Assembly: GCA_002299465.1 (NCBI GenBank)
Contig: DBNX01000026.1
Span: 1-40,525 of the forward strand
Direction: 5' to 3'
DNA length: 40,525 bases
From: Patescibacteria group bacterium UBA661
GTDB taxonomy: Bacteria > Patescibacteriota > Minisyncoccia > Phycocordibacterales > UBA918
The position numbers were made by a program, and so were the translations under genes. The stretch's first letter is position 1. Each line of letters begins with the position of its first letter. Below, piece after piece: positions 19,553 through 28,132 of the stretch. The notes under the pieces are model-generated. The model was given only the letters and a program-made list of their open reading frames with translations. It was not told the DNA's origin and did no database searches.

Positions 19553-21301
19553 TCACTTAATCAACTTGCCAACATCTTTGATTTCTTTCTGAATTCGTTT
19601 TTCGGACTCTCTTAATTCCAGCGCCAGATTGCTAAAGACACTCTCTTCATACTCGCTCAGTTTTTTTGTTTTTTTCATCTCTGTTAGCTTTTCTACTTCT
19701 GTCTCCAGTGTATTTTGTAGGCCAGTAAATTCTCGACGTAATATCTCTTCGGCTTCTTGCGATTCAAAACTAACCCGTCGCCGCAATCGTCTTGAAGATA
19801 GAATAAGCCACCAAAATAGTATAAACAGAAGCACCGACATACCCACGAGCGGAACAACGACGGAAAGGACACTAACCAGGAAAGACCCGATGCGCAAAAA
19901 TCCTGGCTGTTGAACAGCGATTCGAATTGGTTCGCTCGCTAGCGACTGCGCTCCGTACCCATCAACCGCTTGGGCAGTTACTTCGTAAACACCTTGGGTA
20001 AGGGGCGAGCCGGGTATGAAAACAAACTTACCAGCAGCGTCAGCGACGATGTTGAAAGTGTTTGACTCTGCACCAATCTTTGTTAAAGACACACTAACAC
20101 TCGCCCCTGGTCTAGTCTGCCCCAACAAAACTGGTATCACTCCTTCATTTAACTCACGCGGAAACTCGGTAAACTGTGGCGGCGTAAAGGCATCTAAATT
20201 GAAAGAAAAAGTGCCGATTTGACTATTGCCAGCCGAGTCAAACGCTTCAATCAATACCGTGTGGTGACCAGGAGAAAGTGCTGGTAAAACCAAGAGACCT
20301 TCTTCTAAATCTGCCTTGGTGTATTCAATTACTGGGTCGTTATTTATTCGAACTAAATATCTTAAAATTGGCGAGGCTTCGTCTTTCACCGTCACCAGCA
20401 ACGATTGAACTGGGTTCATCAAGTCGGCGGTTTCTGGTAAAGAAATTGTTACCGATTCTGGTTTTTGGCTATCCACAGAAATCTTGTAGTGCGTCACCCG
20501 ACCCCAACCAGCAGCGTTTTGGAATTGAATGTGAAAATATGATTCGCCTTCAGGTAAATCATTTAGCGTGATGGTGCGGATTAATGATTCTTGGACATTG
20601 GTTGGTATCGCTGTTGGGTTCTGATTAAAAGAAGTTCGTACCGCCGTTACACCACTTGGTAAACTCCAAGAAAGTGTAGCGCTTTTAAGAGTTGACCATT
20701 GACCAGCGGGATGAGTCTCTGAGACAACCGCTGGTGCCGCTGGCGTATTGGCAGGAGCCACATACTGCACAACTTCCGGTGTGGGTTGGGTTGAGACCGC
20801 CTGCACAGTAAATGTACCGCCACTCATACCGGATAAAATATTGGTGCCGCGACCATCATTCGCCAAAACAGCACCGCTATTAAAGGTCAACCGGGAATTA
20901 CCAGCACGTAAAGCACGAAAAGTAACATTAAAAACGGTGCCGTTGGTGCCAGTGTAACCAGTTGGCGAACCGCCACTAAAGGTTATAGTGCCGGCGGCAT
21001 TAGAATGTGTTGGTTCGGTTACCCAAAGATTAAAAACTGACCCAACCCTATCGACCGATACGACACTCAATTCTTGTGGGTTAAATCGCAACTCACCTTC
21101 GGCGGCGTTTATATTCTGCCCCACTGTGTTAACGGTAATTCGAACTGAGAAAACATTGTTGATAGAGTAGACACCCGTCCCTGGTACGGTTTGAAGAGTA
21201 GCTGCTTTAGCCTCGGTGGCCCAAAAAAAGACGAGTAAAAAAAGTATAAAAACAGCTGCCGATACAATACTTTTGGGGACTGAGATTAACCCTAGATTCA
21301 T
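19553..21301 (-). CDS. Cohesin-like domain + Ig-like domains + TM + cytoplasmic coiled coil
   Basis: Signal AKA|A; INAAEGELRFNPQELSV, VLANDGRGTN; SETHP..W Ig-like domain; GQTRPGASV Big-like domain; TM then basic RRLRRR. Confidence 0.8.
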   Translation of the reverse strand: MNLGLISVPKSIVSAAVFILFLLVFFWATEAKAATLQTVPGTGVYSINNVFSVRITVNTVGQNINAAEGELRFNPQELSVVSVDRVGSVFNLWVTEPTHSNAAGTITFSGGSPTGYTGTNGTVFNVTFRALRAGNSRLTFNSGAVLANDGRGTNILSGMSGGTFTVQAVSTQPTPEVVQYVAPANTPAAPAVVSETHPAGQWSTLKSATLSWSLPSGVTAVRTSFNQNPTAIPTNVQESLIRTITLNDLPEGESYFHIQFQNAAGWGRVTHYKISVDSQKPESVTISLPETADLMNPVQSLLVTVKDEASPILRYLVRINNDPVIEYTKADLEEGLLVLPALSPGHHTVLIEAFDSAGNSQIGTFSFNLDAFTPPQFTEFPRELNEGVIPVLLGQTRPGASVSVSLTKIGAESNTFNIVADAAGKFVFIPGSPLTQGVYEVTAQAVDGYGAQSLASEPIRIAVQQPGFLRIGSFLVSVLSVVVPLVGMSVLLFILFWWLILSSRRLRRRVSFESQEAEEILRREFTGLQNTLETEVEKLTEMKKTKKLSEYEESVFSNLALELRESEKRIQKEIKDVGKLIK

Positions 21302-21303
21302 AA

Positions 21304-22350
21304 TTATTTTATCACAATCTCTTCTTCGTTTTGATTGGATTTTTTGTTTTCCTTACGCCTTTGCCAGCGCCGGTACCAAAAATAACTCACAATAATTAAC
21401 GCCAAGAGAAAGACTCCTAACGCCGCCATTGTGCCGTAAAAGTAATAGGCACCTACCGACACTCCCCGCAATGATTCGTCTGGTATGTAGGTCGCTATGT
21501 ATTCATTACCAGCTTTATCGATAGCCCGTACTCGAATCGTACTGTTTAGTGACTGATCTCTTAATTCAAAAGAACTGGTGGCTATTAACCATGGTGCATC
21601 GGCCCTACCCCACAAGAATTCATTGGTGTAAGCCAGTGGTTCTTCCATCACTTCGTAATGACTAATTCCTGTCTGTTTATCCGTTGTCGAGAAAACAATA
21701 AAATAACGACCAGAAAAAGCTATAGGATCACGTTGTAGAGAAATACTAAACTCTTCGGGTGGAACATCATCTGCTTGCACTAAACTTCGCCAATCATCGA
21801 CTAGCTCTGGTCCAGGTGTGCGCTCCAAAGTAATGATACTTGGTAGGGTGCGCAAAGACGCTTTAGTACCAAGACCGTCGTTTAGGTAAACATTAGTCTC
21901 ATCAGTAAACTCAATTCGAGCTTCAGCGGCGGCGTCACTAGTGTTCATTCCCACCTGCAAACCCGGTGACCGAAATATAATGTCAGCAATTACATTGGTG
22001 TGACCGGGATCACCTTGTACTCGTCCACAATAGCCATTAGGAATACCGCCTGCCATGGTAATTCGTCGTGCTTCCTTATCAATAACTGGTGGTTCTACCC
22101 AAACACTAAAAATAGAGCGTCCAATAGACACATCAACCGGCATAATCCCTTCCGGATAAGTAATAACAATATCTGCGGCATTTATACATTCCGCATTCGC
22201 CTGGTCCGGCATAATTCTAATAGCAGCCGTCAAAGAGTCTCCTCGGTATAACGTAGCTGTGCCCGGATCAATATACAAAGTCGCCGCCTCAACTAAAGTT
22301 GGGGCAACCAACAGCAGCACACCAATAAAGCTGGTAGCGACATATTTCAT
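21304..22350 (-). CDS. Cohesin-like domain protein with C-terminal TM anchor
   Basis: Signal VEA|ATLYIDP; INAADIVITYP, YLNDGLGT; DDVPPEEF...TDKQTGISHYEV Ig-like domain; TM followed by RRWQRRK. Confidence 0.8.
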   Translation of the reverse strand: MKYVATSFIGVLLLVAPTLVEAATLYIDPGTATLYRGDSLTAAIRIMPDQANAECINAADIVITYPEGIMPVDVSIGRSIFSVWVEPPVIDKEARRITMAGGIPNGYCGRVQGDPGHTNVIADIIFRSPGLQVGMNTSDAAAEARIEFTDETNVYLNDGLGTKASLRTLPSIITLERTPGPELVDDWRSLVQADDVPPEEFSISLQRDPIAFSGRYFIVFSTTDKQTGISHYEVMEEPLAYTNEFLWGRADAPWLIATSSFELRDQSLNSTIRVRAIDKAGNEYIATYIPDESLRGVSVGAYYFYGTMAALGVFLLALIIVSYFWYRRWQRRKENKKSNQNEEEIVIK

Positions 22351-22356
22351 CTCATA

Positions 22357-22398
22357 AGTATAACAAACTCTGTAACTTTCTTACCTAAACTGTGCACA
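22357..22398 (-). promoter_or_regulatory. Promoter of the cohesin operon (possibly leaderless) with a degenerate DnaA-box-like element
   Basis: -10 TATACT at 22357-22362, only 6 nt from the ATG at 22350; CTGTGCACA at 22390-22398. Confidence 0.45.
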
Positions 22399-22490
22399 CA
22401 GCCCGACTTACTCGAAAATTACGTGTAAAACTTAGATCACCAAACTTTCCAAGGCTAAAAACTTACTACAAAATTAAGAACTCATGTTCA

Positions 22491-22531
22491 AAAACAAAAA
22501 ACCTACTCGTGGTGGGAGATAGGTTTTTTGT
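22491..22531 (-). terminator. Intrinsic terminator after the 382-aa gene
   Basis: Inverted repeat ACAAAAAACCTA...TAGGTTTTTTGT with A/T tracts on both sides. Confidence 0.75.
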
Positions 22532-22560
22532 GTTACTCCAAGCTTGGATCCAATATTTTA

Positions 22561-23709
22561 CTAGAATATTGGCGTTGCTACGTATGTCAGCGTAGCGGTG
22601 TAATCGTTAGCAGCTTCCTGTAGGGAAGAAATTTCTACCGCATAGCCAACTCGGGTTTGACCAATACCTTGGTTGGTTCCGTTAGTTGGACCATTGTGGC
22701 GGAAAATTTCTAGCGGTGTAGTTGAGGCCGAGGCATACATTCGCCCCGTTACACCAACTCCAAAAGGATTACTCAGGGCTGGGGTTAAACTATTATCATT
22801 AGTTGTTACACCCCAATGTCCATAAGTATTCTCTTGACCGAGAGTAGCCGATGGGTTAGCCCACAATACCGGCGTGGCTGTTTGGCTGCCATCCACGAAT
22901 CCGTCAATATCGGCACCATTTGAAGAACGTAACTGCTGATCAGTTCTTACTGTAACCACAAAGCCATTGGCGGCGTTGGTGTGTACTACTAAGTTCTGGG
23001 CAGCAATGGCTGGTGTGTCTGGTACCAGCACTCCAAATGGAATAGCCGTGGGAGTAGAAGTAGCGGTGGTGATGTCATCGTTGACGTTACTCCCCGCATT
23101 TTCAGCAGTAACAGTAAAGTTGAAAATGGTATCAACGCTAGCGGTTACTGTGACTGCGTTTACAATTGCTACTCGCGTCGCTCCGGTGTCACTGTTGTCC
23201 ATATTGAGGTTAATCTCGTAAGATCCCACAGTTGGATTAGTGATTTGTCTCACACCCGAACCGCCAAAGCTGGCATTTGTTCCGATGCGAATTGTTACTG
23301 TAGCGTTGGTTGGTATAACGCTTGTACCACTAATGAGAGTGAGTACTGTACCAGCAGCGGAGACTCCCCAGGTAGGTCCAACTGCTGTAGCTCCTAAAGC
23401 TTGCTCTGTGCCGTTGACATTTAAGTCAACATCAACCGGCAAGAGAGCCCCGATGCCAGCAAAACTAGTTGTACCAAAATCAATTGATACAAAGTTTCCG
23501 GCTGCTAGTCCACTCGGCGTTACGAAAGTGATGGTGTGGTTTGCCGCCACTGTCGGTGCGGAGTTAGATAGCGTGTTGCTAAACGATGTGACATTTGCCG
23601 CTTCCGCGATGCGGAATGAGGGTATCCCTGTTGACCACATAAATGTAGCCATAGCGACAACTGCGGCGGTTGCTTGGAGCACTGAGAACGTGTTGTGCGT
23701 TCTGTGCAT
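22561..23709 (-). CDS. Exported 382-aa protein with C-terminal WxL-like domain (type A); candidate major surface/fibre subunit
   Basis: Signal AEA|A; the C-terminal ~190 aa align by eye with the 2049-aa C-terminus and end ANDYTATLTYVATPIF; has its own promoter, leader and terminator. Confidence 0.82.
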   Translation of the reverse strand: MHRTHNTFSVLQATAAVVAMATFMWSTGIPSFRIAEAANVTSFSNTLSNSAPTVAANHTITFVTPSGLAAGNFVSIDFGTTSFAGIGALLPVDVDLNVNGTEQALGATAVGPTWGVSAAGTVLTLISGTSVIPTNATVTIRIGTNASFGGSGVRQITNPTVGSYEINLNMDNSDTGATRVAIVNAVTVTASVDTIFNFTVTAENAGSNVNDDITTATSTPTAIPFGVLVPDTPAIAAQNLVVHTNAANGFVVTVRTDQQLRSSNGADIDGFVDGSQTATPVLWANPSATLGQENTYGHWGVTTNDNSLTPALSNPFGVGVTGRMYASASTTPLEIFRHNGPTNGTNQGIGQTRVGYAVEISSLQEAANDYTATLTYVATPIF

Positions 23710-23912
23710 AATACTCTACGTTGTATTTAGTCTACAGCCCGAAGGGCACGCGCGACTCATGATTCGAATGAAAAACTCATGCGATATGCAGTCTCCACAC
23801 CGCACATCATAAATGCGCTGTAAACATACTTACTTTGTAATACTCGGCTGAAGTATCCCGGCTCGCGACAGCCGGCAGTAAGTCTAAAGGCTTACCTCCA
23901 AAGTAAGTACAC
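23710..23912 (-). ncRNA. Structured 5' leader RNA with two multibranch domains (unassigned family)
   Basis: A 12-bp stem (23899-23910/23826-23837) closes three hairpins. An adjacent 9-bp stem (23817-23825/23730-23738) closes further hairpins. Many pairs are G-U on the minus strand only. Confidence 0.65.
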
Positions 23913-23916
23913 TATC

Positions 23917-23958
23917 ATTGTACTGCTGTCGTTGGTAAACATTCGCTACTTATGCACA
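23917..23958 (-). promoter_or_regulatory. Promoter of the 382-aa gene with a DnaA-box-like element
   Basis: -10 TACAAT at 23917-23922, just upstream of the leader; TTATGCACA at 23950-23958. Confidence 0.55.
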
Positions 23959-23978
23959 AATTTAAAACTAAATTTGTG
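23955..23978. repeat. 10-bp inverted repeat (weak terminator or operator)
   Basis: CACAAATTTA-AAAC-TAAATTTGTG just downstream of the stop at 23990. Confidence 0.5.
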
Positions 23979-23989
23979 TGAATTTTAAT

Positions 23990-25120
23990 TTAGCTAGTCC
24001 AGTTGAAGAGTAAGATTGAAAAGTCTTCAATCCCGACTCGACCGTTGCCATTGATATCAGCACTTGGATCCGAGTTACCGGCATCAGTTCCCCACCAAAA
24101 AATTAGTATCGAGAAGTCTGTCAAATTTACCCGCCCGTCCCGATTTAGGTCTGAATTAGAAGTTGCTCTGCCATCTACACCGACAAATAACTGAATAGCC
24201 GAACTAAAACTACTCTGAGTGAGGAGTGGTGCCACTCCCGAGACTGACCGTGCTCGCAAAGTATGCTCAGCCACCCGCAACCTACCCGTGTCCAGACTCA
24301 AAGACCACAACCCCTCAGCGTTGGCAGTAGTCGTAGCAATAAATTCACTACGGTTTACATGTAACTCGACAAGAGAATTGGGTGCCGCCTGACCACTGAC
24401 ACTCGCTGGTAAACCCGGATTTACATTTGGACTAGCTAACCGAATGGTTGGCGGTAAAACAATTCCAGCAATGTTTGTAATAGCGCCCTGCGTCACATCA
24501 AAAGTGGTATTGAAAGTAATAGATCTAACATTATTTATGTCTGTCGTCCAAAAACCCATGGTGGCAGTACCAGGTGAAGCATCGGTAGAAAATTCAAAAC
24601 GACCAGTATTTGCTGCCCTAACACTACCAATAGTCTGTGTGTCGAGGAGAATGTTTATCATTCTGCCTGGATAAGCTAATCCCGTCACTCTAATTTCAGT
24701 TTGACCCTGCTCCCTTGGGCTACCGCCACCACCGCCCGCTCCCCCGCCAGTGACGCCGCCGCCCCCTGCACCAGCTGGCTCTATTCTACAAGTGGCTGAA
24801 CAAAAATCCCCACTAGTGTTATTACCGTCATCACACTCCTCGGCAAAAATTGTCTGCAAAATACCATCTCCACAATAAGGACCAAATTCACAAATCAAGC
24901 TACACTGTCTGCCGGCAATTGTGGTGCTGTACTGACCAGTCTCACCCGGCACATCACACTGTTCTCCATCATCCACCAGAGCATTCCCACAAATACTCAA
25001 ACGCAACGTGGTAGTAGCACTAGCAGCGACAACAGCCTCCGCTGTTTTAACACCAACCAAGCCTTGTTCAATGAGCCAGCTTGCTAATAAAATAAAAACT
25101 AAGCAGAGTTTCCATTTCAT
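23990..25120 (-). CDS. Exported protein: Myxococcus-type Cys-rich repeats (DUF4215-like), Gly linker, two Ig-like domains, C-terminal dockerin-like domain
   Basis: CGNALVDDGEQCD and CGDGILQ...EECDDGN...CSATC; poly-Gly; SDLNRDGRVNLTDFSIL and ADINGNGRVGIEDFSILL. Confidence 0.85.
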   Translation of the reverse strand: MKWKLCLVFILLASWLIEQGLVGVKTAEAVVAASATTTLRLSICGNALVDDGEQCDVPGETGQYSTTIAGRQCSLICEFGPYCGDGILQTIFAEECDDGNNTSGDFCSATCRIEPAGAGGGGVTGGGAGGGGGSPREQGQTEIRVTGLAYPGRMINILLDTQTIGSVRAANTGRFEFSTDASPGTATMGFWTTDINNVRSITFNTTFDVTQGAITNIAGIVLPPTIRLASPNVNPGLPASVSGQAAPNSLVELHVNRSEFIATTTANAEGLWSLSLDTGRLRVAEHTLRARSVSGVAPLLTQSSFSSAIQLFVGVDGRATSNSDLNRDGRVNLTDFSILIFWWGTDAGNSDPSADINGNGRVGIEDFSILLFNWTS

Positions 25121-25125
25121 GACAA

Positions 25126-26076
25126 TTACGAGCTTCGCCTACGCAGTAATCGTCGGTTGTAGACAAAGTAAATGACTACAATCAAGAACATAAAAATTGG
25201 TAATAGTATAGAAATTTTGTGCGGCAAAGAAAGTCCAGCAAATCCAAATCCTGCTTCTTGCAGAGTGCCGTGCCTAAGAATGCTTAAATTCACCTCTCCT
25301 TCTTGCTCAATCTCTTCCCCGTTATAGATAGTGTATCTGGCCAAGTAACTACCTGCTTGCAAACGAGTTGGTAGATTGGCAAATACTTCTTTCGTGTCGT
25401 AAGGTGAAATTTCGTCAATCCTACCAATTTGTTCGGTTTCTTCTAAAAGTACCGTGCCGGTAGAGTCAAAAATTCGGAAAGAAACTCGTGATGGTGCAAT
25501 GTACACATTACCAGTGTTTTCAATTAGCATCCCAAAACGAATCTTCCCTGGAAAATACAACCAGCCGAGCTTATGTCCTTCGTTTAAGTCTGACACTGAT
25601 ATTTTACGCACACTAAAATCACGAATCTCGCGGTCGATGACATTAAGATTTATATCGACCTGCGCTCCTAGAGAAATATTAACGGCTCCCGCTTGCAAGG
25701 CAGCGTCATCAGGCACGGTTCGGATTCGAATCGCTCCCCGATACTCTTTGAAGTCAGCATCGCTCGGCACAGTCACTCTTACAATCATGGGCACTTTTTG
25801 TACACCTCTTGGGAGAGGTATACTGTACCCTTCCACAATCTCTATCCAGTCTTGAATTTCTGGAGCATCAATCGTAATCTCCGCCTTTAGAGGCACGTCT
25901 GGATTACCTCTAACCAACAGAATCTGTTGCTCGTAAGTTGAGTTTCGCGTCAAGCTGGTATTCCTAACATAAGGTGGAGTAATACCAAAACTAGCCAAAG
26001 CCGTACTCTGTCCGACCACAGCCAATAAGATTGTCACAATCAGTAAAAACTTTAAATTAAGTACCACCACTTTCAC
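25126..26076 (-). CDS. DUF916/WxLIP-like exported protein with C-terminal TM
   Basis: GTG start; signal ALA|SFGITPP; MIVRVTVPSDADFKEYRGAI; IENTGNV; TM then RRLLRRR. Confidence 0.68.
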   Translation of the reverse strand: MKVVVLNLKFLLIVTILLAVVGQSTALASFGITPPYVRNTSLTRNSTYEQQILLVRGNPDVPLKAEITIDAPEIQDWIEIVEGYSIPLPRGVQKVPMIVRVTVPSDADFKEYRGAIRIRTVPDDAALQAGAVNISLGAQVDINLNVIDREIRDFSVRKISVSDLNEGHKLGWLYFPGKIRFGMLIENTGNVYIAPSRVSFRIFDSTGTVLLEETEQIGRIDEISPYDTKEVFANLPTRLQAGSYLARYTIYNGEEIEQEGEVNLSILRHGTLQEAGFGFAGLSLPHKISILLPIFMFLIVVIYFVYNRRLLRRRSS

Positions 26077-26104
26077 AGAGTTAATTATCTAAAATAATTA
26101 ACGT

Positions 26105-26146
26105 AAAAGCAACAATCACCGTCTGGATAACGGTGATTGTTGCTTT
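26105..26146 (-). terminator. Strong (possibly bidirectional) intrinsic terminator after the 615-aa gene
   Basis: Perfect 17-bp inverted repeat AAAGCAACAATCACCGT-CTGGATA-ACGGTGATTGTTGCTTT. Confidence 0.85.
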
Positions 26147-26169
26147 GTTATTTTATCGGTTGTATTTTT

Positions 26170-28017
26170 CTACCAGTCAACTGTTTCTGCTACCCTTAGT
26201 TGAAAATTGTTGAGGCCTGTGTATGCTCCCGCCAAGGTAATATCTATCGGTACTCCAATCCCCCAGAAAATTGGTCTACTGGAAGGCGTTGTAGTTGAGG
26301 TTGATTTAGGAACGTTAAGTTCTAGTTCTTGCGGTGTAGTTGAGGATAGTTGTGTACCACTTCCGTAAGCTACACTTGAAGCAGCAAATTGTTGTCGATT
26401 TTCTGGAATGGTGGACGAAGCAGAGTTAGGACAGGGATTTAAGGGAGTAAAAGTTCCGCACATTGCTGAGCCTGAAAGTAGCTGATCTAACCCAGTGTTA
26501 CCTAGAGAAACGATAGTAGTGGAGGCACTTAAGAAAGGCATATTTTGTCCTGGCTCGAGTTCACCATAAGGAATTTGGGACTGCTGTAGATTAAAGACAG
26601 CTAGACTGTTTAGGGCTACCGAACCAGCACTGATGGCAGCTGTACCGGTGGCAAAATCATCATCAATTGCTAATACCGCGGCTCGCCAATTGTCACCGGT
26701 AAAAAATGAGCCAGTATCAGTGGGGTCTGCCAAAAACCACATTGGGAACGAGCAGTTGTAAAGTATTGAATTATCTACACCATCTGCTGTACAACTAGTT
26801 GATGACGCCGTGCAGCTAAGTGCCCAGGTTGTTGTGGCAACAGCTGAAGTATAACAATTGTTTGGATTATAATTTCCAGCGTTGAATACTCCACAAGAGG
26901 TTGTCCCGAGCGAACCTCTGAAGACTGATAAAGCATAATTTGTTATTTCTGACCCTGGAACACCTGTGCTGTTACTACAGCTGTTCGCATCAGTGACCAC
27001 GAAACTCAAAGTAATTCCTGGGGTTTCAGCACCCGGTTGGGTTAGTATTATGTTATTGCCACCATTGAGAGAAATGGTTCCTCCCGCCACTGTAGGAGCC
27101 ACGTTCAATACGGTAATGGGTGAATTAGAACCCTGAGCAGTGCCTTGCGCTTGATGACCAAAGCGATCAATCACAAAACCAAATGCGTTGTAGTTATCAT
27201 CACGAATTACTGCCGGTAGAACATACAGAGCTGTTGGGTTAGCGGTAACAGGGATGGTCGTGGTTGCCAGAGTTGCGTCTCCACAAGTATTAGTGGTGGT
27301 ACTGAAAACACTAGTGCTACAAATAATCAGAGTAAGTAAATCAGAAAACTGAGCGGCAAAGGGGTCAGATGCTACTGAAGAGAAAGTAATAGTTTGACCA
27401 GGGGCTTGCGGGGAGTTGCTGGTTAATGAGCTAAAAACTGGTCGGTAGTTAACGTAAAACGGTGAGGAATTTGTAGCGTTAGTACCGTTGGTGAAGGTGC
27501 TGTTGCAGCGAGCAGACACTGAGTCGTCATCACAAATCCAAGCAAACCAGTTATTTTCGTGAGTAAACGGAGAAACTTCCGTGGTGGTGGTAGAAACCAC
27601 AGCTTGGGTATTTACTGGCGTAGGAGCCGAGACTCCCCACTGGACACCGCCATTACATCTTGGCGCACCACCATTAGTTGAAGATGGTGCTGTCGCTGTA
27701 GAGCAAATAAGTAGATAGTAGTTTGGTTGGTTGGGATCAGTTGCTACCGCCCTCCAACTAATCACCGAGCCAGAATTAGTGGGACTAGTCAAAGATGATT
27801 CCACTAATTCTGTCGAAGATGCCACCCACTGCGGTGGGGTGTTAAGCACCGTGAGGGTGGTGGTGGCTGTTTGCGCTTCTACTTTCATTAGTTCGGTTTT
27901 ACCAGTGTTTAAGACGAAAACAAAAATGAACACTGTAAAACCGACCAAGGCAGCCGCAATTGTTATCTTGCCGGTATTTTTTCGATAAGCTTTGGATTCT
28001 AGTAAGTTGTACAACAT
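26170..28017 (-). CDS. Exported Cys-rich 615-aa protein with C-terminal WxL-like domain (type B); candidate major subunit
   Basis: Signal VEA|Q; Ig-like Cys-paired domains; the C-terminal ~300 aa align by eye with the giant DUF2341 protein (IFWGIGVP vs VFWGIAVP). Confidence 0.82.
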   Translation of the reverse strand: MLYNLLESKAYRKNTGKITIAAALVGFTVFIFVFVLNTGKTELMKVEAQTATTTLTVLNTPPQWVASSTELVESSLTSPTNSGSVISWRAVATDPNQPNYYLLICSTATAPSSTNGGAPRCNGGVQWGVSAPTPVNTQAVVSTTTTEVSPFTHENNWFAWICDDDSVSARCNSTFTNGTNATNSSPFYVNYRPVFSSLTSNSPQAPGQTITFSSVASDPFAAQFSDLLTLIICSTSVFSTTTNTCGDATLATTTIPVTANPTALYVLPAVIRDDNYNAFGFVIDRFGHQAQGTAQGSNSPITVLNVAPTVAGGTISLNGGNNIILTQPGAETPGITLSFVVTDANSCSNSTGVPGSEITNYALSVFRGSLGTTSCGVFNAGNYNPNNCYTSAVATTTWALSCTASSTSCTADGVDNSILYNCSFPMWFLADPTDTGSFFTGDNWRAAVLAIDDDFATGTAAISAGSVALNSLAVFNLQQSQIPYGELEPGQNMPFLSASTTIVSLGNTGLDQLLSGSAMCGTFTPLNPCPNSASSTIPENRQQFAASSVAYGSGTQLSSTTPQELELNVPKSTSTTTPSSRPIFWGIGVPIDITLAGAYTGLNNFQLRVAETVDW

Positions 28018-28064
28018 AAAAAACTCTATTAAATAATGAACTAAACTATCTACTCTACGTTACT

Positions 28065-28107
28065 ATTGTAGCGAATAAACTCGTTTACAACGGCACAGTT
28101 ATACACA
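28065..28107 (-). promoter_or_regulatory. Promoter of the 615-aa gene with a DnaA-box-like element
   Basis: -10 TACAAT at 28065-28070; TTATACACA at 28099-28107. Confidence 0.55.
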
Positions 28108-28132
28108 GTGTTTCAACAGCTTATTAGCAGAC

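Noticed and set aside
23826-23910. Cloverleaf that might be a tRNA
   Set aside because: It has a 12-bp closing stem, no TTC(G/A)A T-loop, no D-loop GG and no CCA end, so it is treated as a leader domain.
18085-25120. Cellulosome
   Set aside because: No glycoside hydrolase or multi-cohesin scaffoldin was seen.
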